A stretch of 64,000 nucleotides of DNA. Source: an uncultured cyanobacterium. GTDB lineage: Bacteria > Cyanobacteriota > Cyanobacteriia > Cyanobacteriales > CAWCAG01. Positions 51,105-61,024 of the stretch are shown here, piece by piece (positions within the stretch are counted from its first letter, which is position 1; each line of letters begins with the position of its first letter). A program made the translations under genes and the position numbers. The notes beneath the pieces were generated by a model. That model had not been told where the DNA came from. It made no database searches and worked only from the letters and a program-made list of their open reading frames with translations. Location of the stretch: assembly GCA_963803805.1 (NCBI GenBank), contig CAWDOD010000011.1:128001-192000 (forward strand), written 5' to 3'.

Positions 51105-51830
51105 ATGAATGCAATTCGCGTAGCATTGGTAGAAGATCATCATCTTACTAGAGTCGGCTTGAGAGCTGCTCTAGAACAATATGAAGATATTCAAGTAGTA
51201 GGAGAAGCTGCCGATGGGAAAAAAGGCTTGGAGGTTCTTAAAGCTACCTCTCCAGATGTAGCCGTTGTAGATATTGGCTTGCCAATCATGGATGGTATTG
51301 AACTAACTCAACAGCTTAGGCAATATCAAGTGCAAGCACCCGAAATAGAAACAGAAACAAAAATTCTGGTTCTGACCATGAATAATAAAGAAAATGAGGT
51401 GTTAGCTGCTTTTGCTGCTGGTGCAGACTCCTACAGCGTTAAGGATATCTATTTTGAAAACTTAGTTGAAGCCATTAGAGTTACTAATGGGGGTGACTCC
51501 TGGATTGATCCGGCGATCGCTAAAGTAGTGCTGAAACAGGCACAGCAAAAGCTACCTCGTACATATGCTCCTTCCGGTAATAAAACCACTATTATTGCCT
51601 CCGTTGAAGCAGATCGCGAGAGAATTTTGGAGACTTACCCTCTAACTAAACGAGAGCTTGATGTCTTAGAACTGATTGTAGCTGGCCACAGTAATGATGA
51701 AATTTCTAAAAAGCTCTATATTACCGTAGGTACAGTTAAAACCCATGTCCGCAACCTACTTAACAAACTCTGTGCAGATGATCGTACTCAAGCGGCTGTA
51801 TTAGCTTTGCGTTCTGGCTTAGTATTCTAA
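51105..51830 (+). CDS. NarL/LuxR-family response regulator
   Basis: VEDH...VDIGLPIMDG receiver and LTKRELDVL...TVKTHVRN HTH. Confidence 0.95.
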   Translation: MNAIRVALVEDHHLTRVGLRAALEQYEDIQVVGEAADGKKGLEVLKATSPDVAVVDIGLPIMDGIELTQQLRQYQVQAPEIETETKILVLTMNNKENEVLAAFAAGADSYSVKDIYFENLVEAIRVTNGGDSWIDPAIAKVVLKQAQQKLPRTYAPSGNKTTIIASVEADRERILETYPLTKRELDVLELIVAGHSNDEISKKLYITVGTVKTHVRNLLNKLCADDRTQAAVLALRSGLVF

Positions 51831-51977
51831 GGCTTGGTAAATGGCAGGTCAACACCGTTAACGGAAACCCAGAGGAAAAAGCTTAGACCTTGATAGGCTT
51901 ATCGATAGCGGTCTAAATCTACTTAAGCTTCTGTGCAAAAATAGATTCCATTTATATCTGTTGAAGAATCAAAAAAA

Positions 51978-53042
51978 TTGGTATTAGAAAAGCTCAAAAT
52001 TCTCTTAACTCAGACTACTCCACAAACCCCTGAGTCAGAATTATCTTTACAGGAACTTCCCCCCCAGGCTAAGGCAAGGCTAAGTCGTAATTTAGCTGAT
52101 TTAAGCCCCCCTCAAGCCTATGTAAAGGCATTACAAGAAGCCTTAGATGGCGCGCTCTCTCGTTGGCAAGAGGAGCCTAATGCTCCTAATAGTTTAGTTA
52201 TTTTAGTTAGTGCAGGGGAACCTCTGGAGAGTATTTTGGCAACAGTGTTATCAAGTGGGCAAAATTCCTCTTCTTTAGCTCAGAGATGGTTATTGAGTTC
52301 TCCTTCTTGCGAAGCACAAAAGAGAATACAACAACTGAAAGCAGAACTTAAAGAAGTTCCGGAACAACAACTAGTGGTCTTGCCTCGCTTATCTCAAGGT
52401 TTTTTACGCTGTATTGGTTCTTTAGAGATTATTAATAAGTTAGGAGAGGCAGTTTTTAACCATCCAGATAGCTTTTGGCTGATTGGTTGCCATTCCTGGG
52501 CTTGGCAATATTTGGTCCAGGCAAAGGGAATTCAAGGGACATTTTGCCAAACCTTTTCTTTGCCGAAGTTGAGTGGTGAGGAGATTCAAGCTTGGTTAAA
52601 ACCTGTTAGAGCTAATATGGAGATTACCAAAGATGAGGAAGAGGAATATTTTGAGAATTTAGCAAAAATTTCTTTAGGATTAAGCCAAGTTGCTGGAAAA
52701 TTATGGTTGCGTTCTTTAGGTCACGAACAAGAGTTAGAGAAAGGGAGTGATCCTTTATCCTTGATGCCTTTAAGACAACAAAAAGCACTATTGCCAAAAC
52801 TACCAAGGTTAGAAATGAGCGATCGCTACCTTCTCTATTCCTTGGCTTTACATGAACAACTTACTATCCCTGACCTGGCTACTAGTTTGGGGGAAAATAG
52901 TTCAGATATTTTAATCTCGATACAACGCTTGCAACAAGAAGGATTGCTTCGACGCTACCAAGAATATCTGTTGATTGAACCTATTTATTATTCTCAATTA
53001 CGGCGAGATTTAGAGCAAAATAATTTTCTAGTTGAGGAATAA
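51978..53042 (+). CDS. Hypothetical protein with possible C-terminal winged-HTH
   Basis: 354-aa ORF. C-terminal LLYSLALHEQLTIPDLATSLG...LQQEGLL. Start uncertain. Confidence 0.6.
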   Translation: MVLEKLKILLTQTTPQTPESELSLQELPPQAKARLSRNLADLSPPQAYVKALQEALDGALSRWQEEPNAPNSLVILVSAGEPLESILATVLSSGQNSSSLAQRWLLSSPSCEAQKRIQQLKAELKEVPEQQLVVLPRLSQGFLRCIGSLEIINKLGEAVFNHPDSFWLIGCHSWAWQYLVQAKGIQGTFCQTFSLPKLSGEEIQAWLKPVRANMEITKDEEEEYFENLAKISLGLSQVAGKLWLRSLGHEQELEKGSDPLSLMPLRQQKALLPKLPRLEMSDRYLLYSLALHEQLTIPDLATSLGENSSDILISIQRLQQEGLLRRYQEYLLIEPIYYSQLRRDLEQNNFLVEE

Positions 53043-53095
53043 TACCAGAGCGGCGTTTAGTAGCACAGGTTATTTGTGAGGGGGTTCTCTCTAAT

Positions 53096-53692
53096 TTAAG
53101 AGGATTTCATTTCTCTTTGATGCCTCGGCTTACAAGGAGAACCCCAAGCCACTTGTTGCTGGGGAATGTCGCTGAAAACACTACTACGAGCGCCAATCAC
53201 AGCATTTGCACCAATAGTTACCCCCGGAGCTACAAAACAATCTGCGGCTACCCATGCACCATTACCGATAGCAATAGGAGAAACCTGGAGACTAAAATTA
53301 GGGTCTTGTATATCGTGGGAGCCAGTACAAAGGTAAGATTCTTGGGAGATAATGCAATGCTGACCGATGTGGATATCATCTAAACTATACAAAACTACAT
53401 CATCACCAATCCAACTATAATCTCCAATTTTTAATTTCCAGGGATAGGTTATGCGAGCAGTAGGGCGAATTACTACTCCTTTACCAATTTTGGCTCCAAA
53501 TAGGCTTAATAACCAGCAGCGAATGCCATGGGCAGAATGGAGAGTTAAAGGGAAAATAATCCCTTGTAGGAACCACCACAGCAGAATAAACCAACCAGGA
53601 CGACCGCGATCATACCAAGATTGGTCATATTTGCGTAGATCAATTAAAGCTGGCTCATCTAATCGGGGTTTTTGTTCAAACTTTTGATTCAT
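53096..53692 (-). CDS. hpsU: WcaF-family hexapeptide acetyltransferase (HpsU-like, polysaccharide)
   Basis: DLRKYDQSWYDRGRP, FGAKIGKGVVIRP, YPWKL.IGDYSWIGD and LCTGSHD motifs. Confidence 0.8.
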   Translation of the reverse strand: MNQKFEQKPRLDEPALIDLRKYDQSWYDRGRPGWFILLWWFLQGIIFPLTLHSAHGIRCWLLSLFGAKIGKGVVIRPTARITYPWKLKIGDYSWIGDDVVLYSLDDIHIGQHCIISQESYLCTGSHDIQDPNFSLQVSPIAIGNGAWVAADCFVAPGVTIGANAVIGARSSVFSDIPQQQVAWGSPCKPRHQREMKSS

Positions 53693-54638
53693 CTTTCACC
53701 AGTTGGTTAGCCTGGGAAACAGCAGGTGCTGATTTTTTGGCTTTAATTTCTTTAGGGTTAAGGGAACCACCAAACTTCATTAATTCGTACAGTTTGACCC
53801 CAATTTGGTATTCGTACTGTGCCAAAAGACGACCATAAATATACCCCGGTTTACCATCCAAAAATCCCAAGAAGACAAAGTAGAAGAGAATAAATCTAAT
53901 TAAAGGTTTGAAAGGAACGTAGCGTACCCAAATTCTTTTGAAAAAGCGTTTTCTCTCTGGTCCTTTACCGAAAGCTTTAGCTTCGATGCTGTCGCTATCT
54001 TGGCCGTTGAGAATATTAAAATAGACCCTTGCTTCCCAATTAGAATAGCGGTTGTGTCGGGCTAGCCATTGATAAATATCTCGGAAATCTTCATGGAGCA
54101 TATCTTCTTTGAGATAGCCTGTTTTTTCCATAATCACGTGTTCGTGAACTTCATTATCTCCAGTGTTACGGATATCTTCAGTTTTGAGATTTTCGTAGCG
54201 CCCTTTAGCGTGTTTGAATAAACGTAGATTCCAGTCAGGATATTTTCCTCCCCAACGAATCCACTTACCTAAAAAAAAGACCCTACGGTTAAGATAATAA
54301 CCATCGAAGTCAGGGTTTTGAATCGCTACAGCAATTTCATCCCAAAGTTCTGGCGTGATTCTTTCATCACAATCAACAATTAAGACCCATTCATTGTGAA
54401 AAGGCAAATTTTCTAATGACCAATTCTTTTTTTTCGGCCAGCTACCATTGAAATAGAATTGTACAACTTTAGCGCCGTAAGTTTCAGAAATTTCGATAGA
54501 ACGATCCTCACTTTGAGAATCCACAACAAAAATTTCATCCGCCCTAGCAACGCTTTCTAGACAAGCGGGAAGATTAAGTTCTTCGTTTTTGGCAGGAATT
54601 AAAACTGAGACTGGGACTGGTGCAGACTTAGAGGTCAT
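53676..54638 (-). CDS. GT2 glycosyltransferase
   Basis: VLIPAKNEE, VVDSQSED, IVDCDE, YPDWNLRLF, EVHEH and GFLDGKPG motifs. Overlaps the acetyltransferase start. Confidence 0.92.
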   Translation of the reverse strand: MTSKSAPVPVSVLIPAKNEELNLPACLESVARADEIFVVDSQSEDRSIEISETYGAKVVQFYFNGSWPKKKNWSLENLPFHNEWVLIVDCDERITPELWDEIAVAIQNPDFDGYYLNRRVFFLGKWIRWGGKYPDWNLRLFKHAKGRYENLKTEDIRNTGDNEVHEHVIMEKTGYLKEDMLHEDFRDIYQWLARHNRYSNWEARVYFNILNGQDSDSIEAKAFGKGPERKRFFKRIWVRYVPFKPLIRFILFYFVFLGFLDGKPGYIYGRLLAQYEYQIGVKLYELMKFGGSLNPKEIKAKKSAPAVSQANQLVKDESKV

Positions 54639-54692
54639 AGTTTTCAGATAAGAAGCATAGAAGAGTGCAAGGGAAAAATCTCTAATCTTTTT

Positions 54693-55358
54693 TTACTCGC
54701 TTAATTTACTGTGCATGATCACAAGGGTTTCTGATAAATTACCGAGGCGAGTTTCTAGCTCCTTTTTACGACTTAATAACAGCCGGAGTTTTTGGTAACG
54801 GGCGATCGCTACACTAACATTAGGAACTTCAGCCGGAGGACAAAGTTTTGACCATAATTGGCCACTTTCGTCTAAACCACAGAGTCGATATCCGGGACGA
54901 GGGGTTTCATAGGTGATATTGGCATCTAATAGTTCTTCGACATAATCCATCAATCTATCTGTTTGGGCTTTCCTAACCTCAGAGGAGCCTTCTTCAGGAC
55001 GACGATTATGGGATTCTAGCCAACCATCAACAATCGGTCCTTCTAAATAAATATCTTGGATTTGCCTAACAACTTTCTGAAGTTCTTTTTGCCAACGTTC
55101 CACAATAGCTTCAATATCTTTTAGCAAATTCATTGCTAAGGCAGGATTGGTGCTGTGATTGTGGCTGCTAATCTTGGGAGGCTTAAGTTTGGGTAAAGCA
55201 GGCATTTTTAAATCTTGCCTACTTTTGGGATCGCTAAGATCATCTACTGTGATCGTAAAAGATGGTGCTTTAGATACAGCAGAGCTTCCTTTAGTAGCAA
55301 TATTGTCTTGCTCTAATTGGTCGAGGGTTGTTTCTATTTGTTTCAATTCTGGTTTCAT
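54693..55358 (-). CDS. Conserved hypothetical protein (coiled-coil)
   Basis: YLEGPIVDGWLES, GYRLCGLD and SVAIARYQKL segments. Function unknown. Confidence 0.7.
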   Translation of the reverse strand: MKPELKQIETTLDQLEQDNIATKGSSAVSKAPSFTITVDDLSDPKSRQDLKMPALPKLKPPKISSHNHSTNPALAMNLLKDIEAIVERWQKELQKVVRQIQDIYLEGPIVDGWLESHNRRPEEGSSEVRKAQTDRLMDYVEELLDANITYETPRPGYRLCGLDESGQLWSKLCPPAEVPNVSVAIARYQKLRLLLSRKKELETRLGNLSETLVIMHSKLSE

Positions 55359-55455
55359 AAACTCTTCTATGCCAAGAGTGTTCAGTTGACAACTGGTGTT
55401 TTTCTACTTTACTAAATATATTTGTTATTGATAAAACTAATCACTGTTCTAACTT

Positions 55456-56016
55456 GTGAGCCTCAAAGAAGCAACAGCAAAAGAAATAATTTTGATTACT
55501 GGCCCAGCAAGTTCTGGCAAAAGTGAGTGGGCAGAAAAGCTTGCCCACCGAAAGAAGCAACCTGTCATCTATATTGCCACAGGCAACATAGATTCTAACG
55601 ATGAAGAATGGCGATCTCGCATTGCCAAACACGCTTCCCGTCGTCCTCCAGAGTGGGAAACGGCATTGGTTCCGGTGGAATTAGCTGCTAAGATTAGCTC
55701 TACATCAATTTCTCAGTGCTTATTGATAGATTCATTAGGTACTTGGCTAGCTAATATAATTTCTCAAGAAGAAAAGGTTTGGCAAGAAACAAAAGAAGAT
55801 TTGCTTAAAAGTTTGCAACAAACTCCTAGTAACCTAATTTTGGTTGGTGAAGAGACAGGCTGGGGCGTTGTTCCGGCTTATCCTTTGGGCAGAACTTTTC
55901 GTGATCGCTTAGGTAATTTAATTAGAGAAATTGGTGCAAGCGCTGATTTGGTTTATCTGGTAACAGGGGGTCATGCTTTGAATTTAACGGCTTTAGGTAA
56001 TCCTCTAGAAAAGTAA
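55456..56016 (+). CDS. cobU: Adenosylcobinamide kinase / cobinamide-phosphate guanylyltransferase
   Basis: LITGPASSGKSEWAE, YIAT, RI..H..RR, LIDSLGTW and EETGWGVVP...GRTFRD motifs. Confidence 0.95.
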   Translation: MSLKEATAKEIILITGPASSGKSEWAEKLAHRKKQPVIYIATGNIDSNDEEWRSRIAKHASRRPPEWETALVPVELAAKISSTSISQCLLIDSLGTWLANIISQEEKVWQETKEDLLKSLQQTPSNLILVGEETGWGVVPAYPLGRTFRDRLGNLIREIGASADLVYLVTGGHALNLTALGNPLEK

Positions 56017-56121
56017 CAACTTGGTAATTATCTTTAGGAATTCGGGCTAAATCAGCAGAATTAAGACAAAATGTAAATTAAGTAAAACAGTTAGTTACAA
56101 GACGCTCTTTCTTTATAATTT

Positions 56122-56532
56122 ATGGCATCAGAAGTAGAAGTTAAACAATATCTGGCTCATTGGTTTCAATTAGGCAAGAAAGTAATCTTAAATAATGCCA
56201 AAGAGAAGCTTTTACCAAATTCTGTCATCGCTGGCGATCACTACTCCCAGGCTTTTGAAGATTGTTGGCGCAAAATTTTGGCTGCGAATCAAGGGGATTC
56301 TTACCTAGAAGGTACAGAAGAAACCATCGCCGATTTGCTCTCTCCTAGTTGGGAGATTTCTTCTTGCGCTAATTGTGAAATGCCTGTCCCCACCAAAAGT
56401 TTAGGGGTTTCATCTCTACCCTGCCCTTGTCAAGATATCCCTAATTGGCCCAATACAGAAATTCCCCAACCAAGACTACCAGTCAGTAGTCAACAAAGTT
56501 TAAGCAGCATTCGTAAACGTTTAAGTCGCTAG
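56122..56532 (+). CDS. Conserved cyanobacterial hypothetical protein
   Basis: YLAHWFQLGK, YLEGT, CANC.MP and CPC..WPN segments (Cys cluster). Confidence 0.7.
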   Translation: MASEVEVKQYLAHWFQLGKKVILNNAKEKLLPNSVIAGDHYSQAFEDCWRKILAANQGDSYLEGTEETIADLLSPSWEISSCANCEMPVPTKSLGVSSLPCPCQDIPNWPNTEIPQPRLPVSSQQSLSSIRKRLSR

Positions 56533-56587
56533 TTGCTAATGGCTATTGGCTAGTGACAATAGTATTTTTCTTCCTACTCCCCACTCC

Positions 56588-57523
56588 CTAGTCCCTTCTT
56601 CTCGGAACTTCATAAGAAAAGAAATCATAAGCTAATTTGGTTTTAGGGAAAATTGCTTGGGCTTCTTGACGTAGATCGTTTAATCCAATAGCGTTTCCTG
56701 GGGCATAGCGGGGGCTAAAATGGGTCATGAGGAGTTGTTTTACCCCAGCCGTTAAAGCCACCTGAGCTGCCATTGTCGAGGTTGAGTGCATTCTTTCAAA
56801 AGCTAAGGGCGCGTCTTGGTGAGCGAAAGTTGCTTCGTGGATTAAAACATCGGCATCCTGGGCTAATTCTACAGCAGCTTCGCAAAAAACAGTGTCGGTA
56901 CAATAAACTACTTTACGGCCAGTTTCTGGGGGATCGCATAACTGGCTTCCTTTAATTTTGCGTCCATCTTCTAAAGTTACCGTTTGACCTTTTTTCAGTT
57001 GACCATAAATTGGGCCAGGGGGAATTCCTAATTCGGTGGCTTTTACTAGATTGAATCTCCCCGGTCGATCTTTTTCTACTAATCGATAGCCATAGGCGGG
57101 AACTCGATGTTTAAGTTTAAGACAACTTATGGTAAATTCTTGATCTTCAAAAACTATTCCAGGTTGGACTTGATGAACCTTTACCCGCCTGGAGAAGTCT
57201 GTATAAGAGTATTTGGAACAATCCAAAATATATTCTTTCAAGCCAGCAGGGCCATAAACATCCATCGGTTGAGCATTTCCGGCTAAACCACAACTAGCAA
57301 TTAACCCCATCAAACCAAAAATATGATCCCCGTGCATATGAGTTACAAAAATGCGTCGAATTTGAGATATCTTGAGGTCACTTTTAAGGAGTTGGTGTTG
57401 GGTTCCTTCCCCGCAGTCAAATAACCAAACTTCTGCTCTTTGGGGAAGGCGCACTGCCACACTAGAAACATTGCGTGATCGCGTCGGTACTCCTGAGCTA
57501 GTTCCCAAGAAGGTGATTTCCAC
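56588..57523 (-). CDS. rnz: Ribonuclease Z
   Basis: FLGTSSGVP, FDCGEGTQ, THMHGDH, DT, HEATF, HST and THFSPRY motifs. Confidence 0.97.
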   Translation of the reverse strand: MEITFLGTSSGVPTRSRNVSSVAVRLPQRAEVWLFDCGEGTQHQLLKSDLKISQIRRIFVTHMHGDHIFGLMGLIASCGLAGNAQPMDVYGPAGLKEYILDCSKYSYTDFSRRVKVHQVQPGIVFEDQEFTISCLKLKHRVPAYGYRLVEKDRPGRFNLVKATELGIPPGPIYGQLKKGQTVTLEDGRKIKGSQLCDPPETGRKVVYCTDTVFCEAAVELAQDADVLIHEATFAHQDAPLAFERMHSTSTMAAQVALTAGVKQLLMTHFSPRYAPGNAIGLNDLRQEAQAIFPKTKLAYDFFSYEVPRRRD

Positions 57524-57854
57524 AGTATTATCAAAAACTTAATTGAATCTTTAATTTAATTCTATTATGTTTAAAAAGCTAACTTAATGGCTGCAAGATA
57601 CCCTTGACTTTTCTGTTGGGATTGGGGAACACTATCTTTCCGGTAGCCATCTACATCATTTAGCATCCGTGAAATCCATAGCATCATTCGACAAATTCAA
57701 GAAAATTCTGACTTAAGATACATGACTAATCTAAGATTAATTTGGAATATTCACTTCACAAAGAAAAAATTCTCGTTGAGATAACTTTTTCACACTAAGG
57801 CATTAACGTCGCGAAATTAGACCTCAAATCCTCTCAAGGAGATATTTAAAGATT

Positions 57855-59005
57855 ATGACATCCCAAGGTTTTTCTGTTTCTTTTACTTCATTACTCAAGC
57901 AACTGCTCCTTCTCGGCAGCCGTCATTGGTGGCTATCATTTTTAATTTGGATTGTTTTGGTGGGACCGCCCAAGCTGCTTTTGAATTGCGCGTAGCTATT
58001 AAGGATGGGGTTAGTCAGTTAGATGTCGGTAGTTCTACCCCAGCAGTAATTAAAAACGAAGCTGGACAAAAAATTGGTGAGATTAGGCCAATGAACTCGG
58101 TTACGGCTGTTTCTGAGGGTAATGGGATTAGTTTAGAGGGATATCAAGGTGGTCAAATTTGGATTGAACCAACCGGAGATGGCACTGTTTGGATCGGTGA
58201 TCGTTGGTATCGCGGTGATACTCAATTAGTTCCTAATGGTCAAGGAATTACTGCTATTAATCATGTTGATATTGAAGATTATCTTTATAGTGTGGTTGGG
58301 GCAGAAATGTATGCAAGTTGGCCACAAGAAGCTTTAAAATCCCAAGCTGTATCTGCCCGTACCTATGCCCTTTACCAAAGTGCTAAATCTAATAGCAGTC
58401 TTTATGATTTGGACACTACCACAGCAACTCAAGTTTATAAGGGTTTGAACAGCGAAACTAACACCACTGTACAAGCGGTTGATGCCACCAGAAATGAAGT
58501 TTTAACTTACAACGGAGAACCAATTTTAGCAGTTTTCCATGCTTCTTCTGGAGGTCATACGGAGAATGTAGAAGATATTTGGTCAAATCCTTTGCCTTAT
58601 CTCCGGGGGGTAGTTGATTATGATAATGATGCTCCGGTTTACCAATGGACAAAAAGTTTTAGCAAAGGGCAAATGAGTCAACTGATTGGTGGGGTAGGAA
58701 CAATTAGCTCTATTACTCCTGTTCAAGTTACTCCCCAAGGACGCATTGTCACCATGAAAGCAGTAGGTAGCAATGGTACAAAAGAAGTTAGCGGGGCGCA
58801 ATTACGCAAGGTCTTAGATTTACGCAGTACCCTATTTAGCATCTCTGCTACTGGGGATGGTTTCCAAGTTTCTGGGCGAGGTTTTGGCCATGGTGTCGGG
58901 CTTAGCCAATGGGGGGCAAGAAATTTAGCCCAACAAGGAGTTCAATACAATCAAATTTTAGGTCATTATTATCAAGGTACAAGTATTTCTTTACTGGAAG
59001 AGTAA
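57855..59005 (+). CDS. SpoIID/LytB-domain protein; 5' signal-peptide segment out of frame (1 nt missing at about 57966)
   Basis: YRG, YLYSVVGAEM, EALKSQAVSARTYA, QVY, FHASSGG.TE, PYLRGV, LRST and GHGVGLSQWGA motifs. ATG 57855 encodes ...RHWWLSFLIWIVLVG, which joins PAQAAFELRVAI only after a frameshift. Confidence 0.88.
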
Positions 59006-59046
59006 GAATTGATTCGTCAAGGACTTAGGGGAGCAAAATAATCATG

Positions 59047-59096
59047 AGGTTAAGTAGTTTAAGCTCATCTTGAGGTGAGCTTAAACTACTTAACCT
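59047..59096. repeat. Perfect 21-bp inverted repeat (8-nt loop)
   Basis: aggttaagtagtttaagctca-tcttgagg-tgagcttaaactacttaacct. Confidence 0.9.
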
Positions 59097-59151
59097 TGCC
59101 CATCCTGCAAAAAAATTAGCACTTCGCGCAAGCCCAAGGGCAAGAGGACAA

Positions 59152-59215
59152 AAAGGTAAAGGGCTAGGAAGTCCTGGGGGAAGAAAGGTAAAGGGCTAGG
59201 AAGTCCTGGGGGAAG
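59152..59215. repeat. Exact 32-bp tandem duplication
   Basis: (aaaggtaaagggctaggaagtcctgggggaag)x2, covering the stop codon of the FGE-like fragment. Confidence 0.9.
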
Positions 59216-59374
59216 AACGGGCAAGGCGAAACCGACATAGTTGAAACGGCTACCGGGAACGTTGAAGAAGCAACAAGCAGAACGACAAATCCAAGGATCG
59301 TTGAGCCAAGAACCACCGCGTCTAATACGGGAACGATTATCATTATCATTATTGTCAATTAACCAAGCACTTCC
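59196..59374 (-). pseudogene. Orphan C-terminal fragment of an FGE-sulfatase/CLec-fold gene (DGR variable-region-like)
   Basis: GSAWLIDNNDNDNRSRIRRGGSWLNDPWICRSACCFFNVPGSRFNYVG, then GFRLARSSPRTS* if one T is restored at 59229-59231. No upstream FGE domain. Confidence 0.8.
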
Positions 59375-59887
59375 AGCAGAAGTAAAGTTTAACAAGCAAA
59401 GTGAGTTATGGCTAAAACCTTGCAACTGTGCTTCACAAAAATTGTATTTTGTCAAATAAACTTTTTCCCTGTTACATAACTTAATACGACTGCATGACCC
59501 TATTAAGCTGTTTGGAGAAGCGAAAGAATTTGATAACAACGCTAAATCAAGCTTTGGGGAGAAAAAACTTGATTTTAGTTATAAGAAACCAAAAATAGCA
59601 TGAGGTAATAATAGCTCAAAAGGCGCAATTGTGTAAATAAGGGTCTTGACAAAGGCAAATAATTTATTTTCGTGACATTTGTTTTTTCAATTTGTAAACA
59701 CCAAAAAGCTTAACAAAACTAATCCTTTTGGTTGTAGCAGAAAAACAAAAACAAAAGTACTTTTATAAAAAATATCGCACAGTCAATTAAAGGAATTTCC
59801 GATAAAGACTGCACGACTAATTTAGATAATTTTAACCACTACATTATCGACAAAGGGTATTTGTTTCTCAACCTGATCACCCCATAA

Positions 59888-61024
59888 TCACCTTTCTCCC
59901 ATACCCAAATAAGGAGCATCATGAACTCCGGTATAAACTTGAGTGGGGCGGAAGATACGGTTAACAGCGAGCTGTTCTTTCCAATGTGCTAACCAACCAG
60001 CTACCCTAGCGATCGCAAATATCGGGGTAAATAAATCTGTAGGAATGCCCAACTTACGATAAACCAAGCCAGAGTAGAAGTCTACGTTAGCATAAATCCC
60101 TCTGTGGCCTAGCTTTTCCTCCACTACAGATTCCAATTCCAAAGCCATTTCGTAATATTTATCCTCCCCAGTTTCAGTAAATAGCTTTTCCACCAAACTT
60201 TGCAGAATAATAGCCCTAGGATCTTTGACCTTATATACTCTGTGGCCAAAGCCCATAATCTTTTGCTTGTGTACCAAACAATTTTCTATATAGGGGCGAA
60301 CATTTGCCACAGAACCAATTTCTTCTAACATCTCAATAACTTCTTCATTAGCACCGCCGTGTAAAGGTCCAGCTAATGTACCTACCGCCGAAGCAATTAC
60401 TCCGTAGGGATCTGTCAAAGTAGAAGCTGTTACCATTGCCGAGAATGTCGAAGCGTTAATGGTATGTTCGGCATGGAGAATCAGACAAACTTCAAAGATT
60501 TTTGCGGCAATAGGATCTGGTTCTTGTTCTGTAAGCATATACAGAAAGTTCCCTGCATAACCAAGGTCGTCTTTTGGTTGTACCGGATCATGACCTTTAC
60601 GCATCAGCTTAAAAGCTGCTACCATCGTCGGCATCTTCGCTAGTAGCCTCACCACTGCTTCTCGAATATATTCTGGGTTATCCAAAGCACGGCGGGAATA
60701 GAACAAGCCTAAAGCTGCTGCTGAGGTTTGTAGGGCATCCATGGGGTGACTAGTCTCTGGGAAACATTTCATCATATCCCGAATGCGATATTTAATGCGC
60801 CGATGATGATTGACATCATATTTGAAAGCAGTAAATTCTTCTTCTGTGGGTAACTTGCCCCAAATTAGTAAGAAAGCTGTTTCTAGAAATGTTGACTTTT
60901 CTGCTAATTCTTCAATACGAATGCCGCGATACTCAAGAATACCCTGTTTGCCATCCACATAGCTAATATCAGACCGGGCTGCGGGAATACCTTCTAAACC
61001 TGGTTTATATTCACAAACTGTCAT
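59888..61024 (-). CDS. gltA: Citrate synthase
   Basis: GLEG, LEYRG, HPM, LHAEHTINAST, GPLHGGANE, MGFGHRVYK.KDPR and NVDFYSG motifs. Likely start MTVCEY. Confidence 0.98.
   Translation of the reverse strand: MTVCEYKPGLEGIPAARSDISYVDGKQGILEYRGIRIEELAEKSTFLETAFLLIWGKLPTEEEFTAFKYDVNHHRRIKYRIRDMMKCFPETSHPMDALQTSAAALGLFYSRRALDNPEYIREAVVRLLAKMPTMVAAFKLMRKGHDPVQPKDDLGYAGNFLYMLTEQEPDPIAAKIFEVCLILHAEHTINASTFSAMVTASTLTDPYGVIASAVGTLAGPLHGGANEEVIEMLEEIGSVANVRPYIENCLVHKQKIMGFGHRVYKVKDPRAIILQSLVEKLFTETGEDKYYEMALELESVVEEKLGHRGIYANVDFYSGLVYRKLGIPTDLFTPIFAIARVAGWLAHWKEQLAVNRIFRPTQVYTGVHDAPYLGMGER

Noticed and set aside
59152-59215. 32-bp direct repeats as a mini CRISPR array
   Set aside because: The copies abut with no spacer, and there are no cas genes or leader.
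59196-59374. DGR template repeat (TR)
   Set aside because: It lacks the AAC/AAT runs expected of a TR, since most such positions are already substituted, and no RT or Avd is adjacent. It fits a VR better.
59090-59539. 149-aa minus-strand ORF as a real protein
   Set aside because: Only the central 50 or so codons resemble an FGE C-terminus. The flanks are intergenic read-through and the duplicated 32-mer.
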